Source of the DNA: a virus
Virus record (IMG/VR): IMGVR_UViG_3300045988_095824
Strand: one strand, 5' to 3'
DNA length: 35,523 bases
The notes under the pieces: generated by a model
What the model was told of the DNA's origin: nothing
Databases searched by the model: none
What the model saw: the letters and a program-made list of their open reading frames with translations, nothing else
Program-made: the position numbers and the translations under genes
Shown here: positions 24,829 to 30,800 of the stretch, piece by piece
How positions within the stretch are numbered: the stretch's first letter is position 1
Layout: each line of letters starts with the position of its first letter

Positions 24829-24912
24829 GTGATTACAGATACACCATTGAGTGACAGAGTTACAAATCGTCAGCGTGTTGACTTTGTAATCAAAAGTGGT
24901 TATAGTGATGCC
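24816..24912. promoter_or_regulatory. Genetic switch region with four TTGTAAY(C) operator-like half-sites and a near-consensus plus-strand promoter
   Basis: Half-sites lie at 24817-23 (+), 24831-37 (-), 24859-66 (-) and 24884-91 (+). The promoter is TTGACT (24878-83), 17 nt, TATAGT (24901-06), with the cI-like ATG only 7 nt further on. Confidence 0.6.
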
Positions 24913-25263
24913 ATGACCGAAACACTGACAGCCCCGCCGGCGGTGATCGACTACCAAGCCGTAGCCATCGGCAACATAAGGATGATGCTTAGCCTGAGAG
25001 GGCTGAAGCAAAGCGATCTCGCCGCATACATGGGCAAGCATCGCCAGAATCTGAATCGAATGATTAACACCGGCGCACAATGGTCTTTCAACGACATGTG
25101 CCGTGCTGCGCAATTCTTCGGTGTCTCCATTGACACGCTGATGCGCCCTGACCTTACTCAATCTGAGCTAAAAGGAAACGGAGGTTTGCCTGTCGTCAAC
25201 GTTGACGACTTCCGCCTACGTGGCGGGGCGTGGAAGACCCCGGCTATGGTTCTGGCCGCCTGA
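24913..25263 (+). CDS. cI-like XRE-family repressor (116 aa, no S24 peptidase domain)
   Basis: Start reassigned from the track's GTG at 24829 to ATG at 24913 (MTETLTAPPAVIDYQ..). HTH segment is LKQSDLAAYMGKHRQNLNRMINTG. The transcript is probably leaderless. Confidence 0.7.
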   Translation: MTETLTAPPAVIDYQAVAIGNIRMMLSLRGLKQSDLAAYMGKHRQNLNRMINTGAQWSFNDMCRAAQFFGVSIDTLMRPDLTQSELKGNGGLPVVNVDDFRLRGGAWKTPAMVLAA

Positions 25264-25277
25264 CCGGGCGGCTCGGG

Positions 25278-25319
25278 ATCATAACCCAGAGGTCACAGGT
25301 TCAAATCCTGTCCCCGCTA
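25278..25319 (+). other. Putative attP core: 3' portion of a tRNA-Met(CAT) gene, from anticodon loop to discriminator
   Basis: Reads aTCATAA-CCCAG-AGGTC-ACAGG-TTCAAAT-CCTGT-CCCCGCT-A. No matching 5' half can be folded. It lies between the repressor and integrase genes. Confidence 0.6.
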
Positions 25320-25330
25320 CTGCGGGCGAG

Positions 25331-25363
25331 GCCGTCACGATTATTCGTGGCGGCTTTTCGTTT
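25331..25363 (+). terminator. Rho-independent terminator following the tRNA fragment
   Basis: gccgtcacg-attatt-cgtggcggc (9 bp including one G.T pair) followed by ttttcgttt. Confidence 0.6.
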
Positions 25364-25416
25364 ATCCGCCGTCGTGCCCTACGGGGCCGCATATCCGATC
25401 GGGGCGATGATGTCCT

Positions 25417-26241
25417 GTGAAAAAACAACATCCAAGCCCGCTCTGGGCAGAATCAATCAATCTATGGCTCGACTCCCTCAAGGCGGCGGGCTACTCCCCC
25501 AACACGATCGGCACGCGCCGATGCCAGATGTCCGCATTGTCGAGGGCGCTTGAGGGCGATCCTAGGGACGTGGAAGGCGACGACCTGCTCGCCCACTTCG
25601 CCGCGAAGGACTGGAAACCGGAGACACGCAAGGGCGCGAAGAACGCCTGCGTCAGCTATTTCCGATGGCTCAAAGCGTCCGGCCGCAGCGAGGCCGATCC
25701 GAGCGAGTTCCTGCCCACCGTCAAGCGTCCCGAGCCGCATCCCCGCCCATGCCCGGACGTGGTGATACTCGCCGCGCTGCGCAAGGCCACGGACGGCGAA
25801 CGGCTCATGCTGCGCCTCGGCGCCGAATGCGGTTTGAGGCGCTTCGAGATCGCGAAGGTGCACAGCCGCGATGTGATGCGCGACCTCGTGGGCTGGAGCC
25901 TCGTGGTCGTGGGCAAGGGCGACAAGCAGCGCATCGTGCCCATCGGCGACGACCTCGCCCTGCTGATCCGATCCGCCAACGGCTATCTGTTCCCCGGCCG
26001 ATGGAGCGGCCACGTCGAATCATCCTACGTCGGCCGACACCTGAGCGACCTCTTGGGCGACGGATGGACGGCGCACAGCCTGCGCCACAGGTACGCGACA
26101 ACGACCTACGCCGCCACACGAGACCTGCTGCTCGTCTCCAAGCTCCTAGGCCACGCCTCGGTCGAGACCACGCAGCGGTACATCGCCATGCCCGACGACC
26201 GCCTGCGCGCCGCAGTGGAAGCCACGCGCCTCGCCGCATGA
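25417..26241 (+). CDS. int: Tyrosine recombinase / phage integrase (XerC/D-like, 274 aa)
   Basis: GTG start. Catalytic signature is ..GLRRFEI.. (Arg), HSLRHRY (H-x-x-R), GHASVETTQRYI (His...Tyr). Confidence 0.85.
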   Translation: MKKQHPSPLWAESINLWLDSLKAAGYSPNTIGTRRCQMSALSRALEGDPRDVEGDDLLAHFAAKDWKPETRKGAKNACVSYFRWLKASGRSEADPSEFLPTVKRPEPHPRPCPDVVILAALRKATDGERLMLRLGAECGLRRFEIAKVHSRDVMRDLVGWSLVVVGKGDKQRIVPIGDDLALLIRSANGYLFPGRWSGHVESSYVGRHLSDLLGDGWTAHSLRHRYATTTYAATRDLLLVSKLLGHASVETTQRYIAMPDDRLRAAVEATRLAA

Positions 26242-26243
26242 TG

Positions 26244-26271
26244 TTGTATTGATGTCATATTGATGTATAAT
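26244..26271 (+). promoter_or_regulatory. Promoter for brnTA: TTGTAT, 16 nt, TATAAT, with direct repeats TATTGATGT x2
   Basis: The -10 is a perfect TATAAT at 26266-71. Repeats at 26247-55 and 26258-66 overlap the spacer and are a candidate BrnA operator. Confidence 0.55.
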
Positions 26272-26290
26272 AGACGTATTAGGAGGTTTG

Positions 26291-26563
26291 ATGGAGTTTG
26301 AATACGATCCGGCGAAGAGCGCGAAGAACCTCGCCAAGCATGGCATCGACTTCGAGGCGGCCCAGCGCATGTGGGACAACTCAAAGACGGTGACGCTGAC
26401 CGCTCCCAATCCCGGCAACGACGACGTGCGCTACATCGTGCTCGGCATGATCGACGGCAAGCATTGGACGGCGATCACCACCAAGCGCGGCAAACGCATC
26501 CGCATCATATCCGTGCGCAGATCACGCAAGAACGAGGAGGCATACTATGACAGCCAAGACTAA
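26291..26563 (+). CDS. brnT: BrnT-family toxin (RelE-fold ribonuclease, DUF497)
   Basis: MEFEYDPAKSAKNLAKHGIDFEAAQ...RIRIISVRRSRKNEEAYY, AGGAGG RBS. ATG at 26291 is preferred over the track's TTG at 26288. Confidence 0.8.
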   Translation: MEFEYDPAKSAKNLAKHGIDFEAAQRMWDNSKTVTLTAPNPGNDDVRYIVLGMIDGKHWTAITTKRGKRIRIISVRRSRKNEEAYYDSQD

Positions 26564-26831
26564 GCCCGACGCCAAGGCGATCACCAGCGACCAGCTTGAG
26601 GAGATGTTCGACAACGGCGACGACATCCTCGACTACGTGGACATGAGCAATCCCGTGGTCGAACATCACCCCCCGCTGGAGAAGCGCATCACGCTCACGA
26701 TGCCCGCATGGATGGTCGGCGAACTGGACGAGGAGGCCGCCGATCTGGCGATCAGCCGCAACGCCGTCGTCAACACATGGATCGCCGACCGCCTGCGCAC
26801 CACGCGACGCCGCGAAACGATCCACGCCTAG
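26547..26831 (+). CDS. brnA: BrnA-family antitoxin (RHH/CopG-type C-terminus)
   Basis: Overlaps brnT by 17 nt. The C-terminus KRITLTMPAWMVGELDEEAADLAISRNAVVNTWIADRL has a ribbon-helix-helix pattern. Confidence 0.75.
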   Translation: MTAKTKPDAKAITSDQLEEMFDNGDDILDYVDMSNPVVEHHPPLEKRITLTMPAWMVGELDEEAADLAISRNAVVNTWIADRLRTTRRRETIHA

Positions 26832-26845
26832 CCCTTAAACGACGA

Positions 26846-26890
26846 AAAGCCCCCGAGCCATACCGTGAGTGCGGTAGGTTCGGGGGCTTT
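26846..26890. terminator. Bidirectional terminator between convergent brnA and holin genes
   Basis: aaagcccccgagcc ...(taccg tgagtg cggta)... ggttcgggggcttt, flanked by an A-run on one side and a T-run on the other. Confidence 0.65.
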
Positions 26891-26896
26891 GTTATG

Positions 26897-27160
26897 TCAG
26901 GCCTTGGATGCGCGGGCCTTGAGGGTGCTTGCGCCGATGACGACGCCGATGGTCAGGGCGACGGCGTTGATGGTCGTCGCGGCCGGATCGGCCCACGTCC
27001 AGCCCCATACGGGGCCGAGGGTCTGCACGAGCACGCCGATGGCCGGCAGCACGATCAGCGCGACCCATTTGAGCACGTCATAGGCTCGGTTCGGCAGCAG
27101 CCAATCGGGCACGGTCGGCTCCGTGCCGGCGGTCTGGGGGTCGGTGTTTTCGTCGGTCAT
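26897..27160 (-). CDS. Holin (Dp-1-like family)
   Basis: Motif YDVLKWVALIVLPAIGVLVQTLGPVWGW, two hydrophobic segments, immediately downstream of the endolysin. Confidence 0.65.
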   Translation of the reverse strand: MTDENTDPQTAGTEPTVPDWLLPNRAYDVLKWVALIVLPAIGVLVQTLGPVWGWTWADPAATTINAVALTIGVVIGASTLKARASKA

Positions 27161-27247
27161 ATTGTCCTCGATTCTGTGATTTGGAACCTAGGAACCCCGC
27201 CCGGCCAAGGTGCAGGATTCCCAGGTTGGGTTCGGGTTCTCAGTAGT

Positions 27248-28480
27248 TCAGTAGTGCAGCACTTCGCCGGGGTAGATCACGTTGGGGTTGCCGCTGCGAT
27301 AGCCGGTGAGCTGCGTGTAGCCGATGCCGAGGCGGGCGGCGATGCCGCTGAGGGTGTCGCCGCTGCGCACGGTCACGGTGCGGGTGGCCGGTGGGGCGTT
27401 GCTGCCGGTGGCGACGCTGCCGCCGCCGTTGTAGGTGACGACCTGACCGGGATAGATCAGGTTGAGGTTGCCGCTTGGCACGCTCCACCTGGACAGCGGC
27501 CACAGGCCTGTGCGCGAGGCGATGCCGCTCATGGTGTCACCAGAGCGGACGGTCACGCGGGTCGTGTTGGCCTGCGTGGTCTGCTGCGTCGCTACGGTCG
27601 CGGAGCCGAGGCGCTGGTTGACTATCGCCATTACCTTGTCGTAGTTCGCGCCGAGCGCGTCGCGGCGCTGCTGGCCGTTGCCGTAGTCGCCACGGATCGT
27701 GGCGGTCGCGAGTGCCTGTAGGTCGATGGTCTGGGTCGGCGGCTTCTCGGTCGGCGGCGGGGTTACGGGCTTGGCTGCGCCGGCGGGGTTGGCGTAGGCC
27801 TGCCACTGGGATGCGTCGCCTCGGAAGTAGTTGAGGTCGAGCGGCCCGTTGTAGCCGCTGATCCATCCGTTGGAGGTGTACTGGCGCATGGCCTCGCCGT
27901 AGATCGCGTAGTTCCACGGTCGGCTCTGGTAGCCGGTGGGCGCGTTGCTGGCGTACTGGGCGACCCACAGGCCGCAGTTGGCGCGCACGTCGCCGGGTAT
28001 CTGGCCCAGCGCGCTGGCCTGCACGTACACCATCGGCCATACGCCGGTGAGCGTGTGGACGCGCTGGACGAACCGGCGAACCCAGTCGGAATTGCCCCAC
28101 TGGGCGTTCTGATAGGACTCCCAGTCGAGCACGAGCACGGCCCTGCCGATGTAGTCCCTCGCCCGGCCGACGAAGTAGTCGGCCTCGGCCTCGGCGTTGT
28201 TGCCGCCGGCGTAGTGGTACAGGCCGAGGCTCTTGCCCCGGTCTGTCACGCACTTGGCCTGCGTGCGCCAACTGGAGTTCTCGAAGCCTACGCCCTGGGA
28301 CACCTTGACTACGGCGAAGTCGTAGCTGGCGGTGCAGGTCACGTTAGCGTCCTGCCAGCCGGACACGTCGATGCCGACCATGTCGGCCATCGCGATCGCC
28401 GGCGTGCACGCGAGCAGCACGGCGAACAGTGCCGCGATGAGGGCCTGTAGCGGCTTGCTTTTGTTCTTGATTTTGCCCAT
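27248..28480 (-). CDS. Endolysin: signal peptide + GH25 muramidase + CW_7-like repeat + 2x LysM
   Basis: N-terminus MGKIKNKSKPLQALIAALFAVLLACTPAIAMA|D. GH25 signature GIDVSGWQ..DFAVVKVSQG..GLYHY. CW_7-like IRGDYGNGQQRRDALGANYDKVMAIVNQRL. Two LysM domains (VTVRSGDTMSGIA.., VTVRSGDTLSGIAARLG..). Confidence 0.85.
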   Translation of the reverse strand: MGKIKNKSKPLQALIAALFAVLLACTPAIAMADMVGIDVSGWQDANVTCTASYDFAVVKVSQGVGFENSSWRTQAKCVTDRGKSLGLYHYAGGNNAEAEADYFVGRARDYIGRAVLVLDWESYQNAQWGNSDWVRRFVQRVHTLTGVWPMVYVQASALGQIPGDVRANCGLWVAQYASNAPTGYQSRPWNYAIYGEAMRQYTSNGWISGYNGPLDLNYFRGDASQWQAYANPAGAAKPVTPPPTEKPPTQTIDLQALATATIRGDYGNGQQRRDALGANYDKVMAIVNQRLGSATVATQQTTQANTTRVTVRSGDTMSGIASRTGLWPLSRWSVPSGNLNLIYPGQVVTYNGGGSVATGSNAPPATRTVTVRSGDTLSGIAARLGIGYTQLTGYRSGNPNVIYPGEVLHY

Positions 28481-28543
28481 TCGTTTTCCTTCCTGTGTTG
28501 GGTGGGCATATGAAACAGCCCCCGCCGGGATGTCCGGCGAGGG

Positions 28544-28861
28544 CTAAACCTTCTTGGGGGCTATCGGCGCGTCCTGTATGTCCTGGTTGACTTGGGTGCC
28601 GTGCCCGTTGCCGCCGAGGCTGTGGTAGCTGTCGTAGACGAGCTGCGCGGTCCGTTTGGCGGTGTTGTCGGCGATGCCGTCGTTGGCGACCATTTCGCGC
28701 TGCATCTGTTCGAGCTTGCACAGCAGGAGCACGCGCACGCCGGTCTGCATGGCGTCGGATTTGCGTCGGTAGCCGCGCCACCAGCCGAGCATGTATCCGC
28801 CCAGGGCGGTGATGATGCCGGTGGCGGCCCAGACGGTGAGCTGCTGGGCTATGGGGTTCAC
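28544..28861 (-). CDS. Single-TM membrane protein (possible second holin or lysis accessory)
   Basis: GTG start at 28861 (GTGA overlap with the upstream gene). N-terminal TM segment LTVWAATGIITALGGYMLGWW followed by a charged region. It lies upstream of the endolysin. Confidence 0.45.
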   Translation of the reverse strand: MNPIAQQLTVWAATGIITALGGYMLGWWRGYRRKSDAMQTGVRVLLLCKLEQMQREMVANDGIADNTAKRTAQLVYDSYHSLGGNGHGTQVNQDIQDAPIAPKKV

Positions 28862-28992
28862 TCTCCGCTCCCCTCGTCGAGGCCGGCGATGTATGCCCGT
28901 ACGGCTTCGCGGCCCGCTTCGGGCACGTCGTCGATGGTCTTGCGGCCGGCGATGATGAGACGGGCGTAGACGCGGATCATGGCTTTGCTCAT
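28858..28992 (-). CDS. Small 44-aa protein (CD1375/XkdX-like), absent from the ORF track
   Basis: Hand translation MSKAMIRVYARLIIAGRKTIDDVPEAGREAVRAYIAGLDEGSGE. ATGA overlap upstream and GTGA overlap downstream. Its position between tail-fibre and lysis genes is typical of this family. Confidence 0.55.
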   Translation of the reverse strand: MSKAMIRVYARLIIAGRKTIDDVPEAGREAVRAYIAGLDEGSGE

Positions 28993-29324
28993 GCTTCACC
29001 CCCTGACAGCAGCTGGTAGATTTCGGCCAATGCCTCGTCCTGATCGAGGCTGGACGCCTCCAAGCCGGCGAGGCGCTGACTGTCCGATTTGGATGCCTGC
29101 ACGCAGTCGAGCCAGATGCTGTCGGCCTGTTCGATGGCTTCCTGTTCGGTCAGGTCGCGGATCGTGTAGGCTTCGTCGGCGGTGTATTCCGTCCATGCGG
29201 TTTCGCCGTCCCCGTGCATGACGGTGGTGATGTTGCGGCGGATGCGGATGTCCGCGAGGCCGTCGCCGCGCGGGTAGTAGCTGACCTCTTCGAGGGGTTC
29301 GAGGCTGGATACGGTCTGGAGCAT
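28989..29324 (-). CDS. Hypothetical protein (111 aa, acidic)
   Basis: AGGAAGGA RBS. The start lies inside the 3' end of the RT ORF. Confidence 0.55.
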   Translation of the reverse strand: MLQTVSSLEPLEEVSYYPRGDGLADIRIRRNITTVMHGDGETAWTEYTADEAYTIRDLTEQEAIEQADSIWLDCVQASKSDSQRLAGLEASSLDQDEALAEIYQLLSGGEA

Positions 29325-30385
29325 GGGTTTTCCTTCCTGTGTTGGGTGGATAAATACCGGGTTGCGCGGCGCATGGTGTGGTCAATGCGGTGGCGTCGCC
29401 GGTATCGGATGCTGTCGCTGTTGCGCAGGTATCCGTAGTAGGAGCAGCAGCGTCGCGCGAGCTGTTCGGTCATGGGCCGGCGTCTGGCGCGGTTGAAGGT
29501 GCGGCGGGCGCGGAGGAACACGCCGCTGCGGATGCTGACGCGGCCGTGGGGTCGGAACGTGTAGCCGACCATGTCGATGGGTTCGAGGTCGAGGCGTTTG
29601 CAGTTCCATTCCTCGTGCACGTCGAGTTTGAGCGCGTCCTTCAGGTAGCGGACGATGCGGCGGGCGGCGATCTTCAAATCTCGTTTGGAGGTGCCGATGA
29701 GCAGCAGGTCGTCCATGTACCACAGTTGGTGCGTGATGAGCCGGCGGCGGGTGATCTCGCCGGTGCGCCGGCTGGTGCGTTCGATGGTCATGGCCGGCGA
29801 TTCGATCCAGTGGTAGGCGTGGCTGAGGTAGTAGTTGGCGAGCCATTGGCTCAGGTAGCTGCCGATGTTGAGGCCGTTGTCGCCTTGGTACCGGTCGATG
29901 AGGTGGAACACGAGGCGCAGCAGGATCGGGTCGCCGACGTCGCGCGTGAGCATCGCCTTCAATGTGGGGCGGTCGATGCTGGGATAGTATTTGCGCACGT
30001 CGAGCTTCACGAACCATTTGCTGGATCGTTCGCGTGTCCATCGTTTGATCGCGCGGCGGGCGTCGATGGTGCCGCGATTGGGGATGCTGGCGGTCTGCCA
30101 TCGGCCCACCTTCGCGTCGAACAACGGCTGGAGGGCCATGACGGCCACATGGTCGTAGATTTGGTGGCGTACCGATTCGCGGCCGATGACGCGGTGTTTG
30201 CCGCTGATCGGTTCGACGCGGTTGAAGTACGTGATCCTGGTGTCGCGGTATCGGCCTTCGCGTATCTCGTCGGCGATCCGTTCGGCGAGCCGGTCGAGGT
30301 CGGGGTGGGTTTCGAGGAAGCGGGTCACGTCGCGGCGGGACCGTTTGCCCTTGAGGTAGTGATCGATCGCCCTGCGGACGAACAT
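29150..30385 (-). CDS. DGR-type reverse transcriptase
   Basis: First ATG in frame is at 30385 (MFVRRAIDHYLKGKR..). Motifs are GKHRVIG, LDVRKYYPSI, NIGSYLSQWLANYYL (IGxxxSQ) and LWYMDDLLLIG (YMDD). The frame has no stop until 29150, so the last ~58 codons are a low-complexity tail overlapping the next gene. Confidence 0.85.
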   Translation of the reverse strand: MFVRRAIDHYLKGKRSRRDVTRFLETHPDLDRLAERIADEIREGRYRDTRITYFNRVEPISGKHRVIGRESVRHQIYDHVAVMALQPLFDAKVGRWQTASIPNRGTIDARRAIKRWTRERSSKWFVKLDVRKYYPSIDRPTLKAMLTRDVGDPILLRLVFHLIDRYQGDNGLNIGSYLSQWLANYYLSHAYHWIESPAMTIERTSRRTGEITRRRLITHQLWYMDDLLLIGTSKRDLKIAARRIVRYLKDALKLDVHEEWNCKRLDLEPIDMVGYTFRPHGRVSIRSGVFLRARRTFNRARRRPMTEQLARRCCSYYGYLRNSDSIRYRRRHRIDHTMRRATRYLSTQHRKENPCSRPYPASNPSKRSATTRAATASRTSASAATSPPSCTGTAKPHGRNTPPTKPTRSAT

Positions 30386-30585
30386 GGGCGTGGCGCAGCG
30401 GGTGTGCTTGCAATGGGTTTTCAGAGCGTTTCCTATCTGGACTATGCCGGCGTTCGACGGTGCTGGATGGGTTCGCCTACCGGCCGGGTGCTCGGTTTGA
30501 TTTTCGGCTGGGCCGTGGCTTGCCCTCTCACTGGCTGGCGTGGAGGGTAGTTGTGGCGTAATGGCGTATATGCGTTGACAGGTTC

Positions 30586-30695
30586 CTGATATGCGGCCCC
30601 CGATGTTCCACCTGCGATTCGCGAGGTCGTTCCTGAGGTTCGCGGCGAAAGCGCCGCAGGCAGCCCCATCCCTGAGGTTGCCGAAGCGCTGCACC
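30586..30695 (-). repeat. DGR template repeat (TR), 110 bp, noncoding
   Basis: Aligns with 30824..30933 at a +238 offset with 95/110 identity. All 15 differences occur where TR has A on the minus strand (T on plus). It contains five AAY codons in the VR reading frame. Confidence 0.9.
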
Positions 30696-30752
30696 ACGCA
30701 CGGACGTCGGAGGCGTACCGCCACAAATCCCAAAGAGTTGCGAAACGTAGAA

Positions 30753-30770
30753 AGGGGGCTTTCGCCCCCT
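30753..30770 (-). promoter_or_regulatory. GC hairpin downstream of VR: AGGGGGC-GAAA-GCCCCCT
   Basis: 7-bp perfect stem with a 4-nt GAAA loop on the coding strand, 30 nt after the target-gene stop, followed by TTTCTACGTTTCG. Confidence 0.6.
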
Positions 30771-30800
30771 CGCTTCGCTTCACCCCCCATCGCACTGCGG

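Noticed and set aside
24829-24912. Track start (GTG 24829) for the cI-like ORF, abutting the cro-like ATG
   Set aside because: It would place coding sequence over the whole divergent promoter/operator region, and the first 28 codons are not HTH-protein-like. ATG 24913, directly after the TTGACT-17-TATAGT promoter, is preferred.
25215-25319. Possible full-length tRNA-Met using GGCGGGG (inside the repressor gene) as the 5' acceptor strand
   Set aside because: That would need about 50 nt between the acceptor and the anticodon stem, with no D-arm, and the anticodon stem has a C.A mismatch. It is better explained as a 3' tRNA fragment (attP core).
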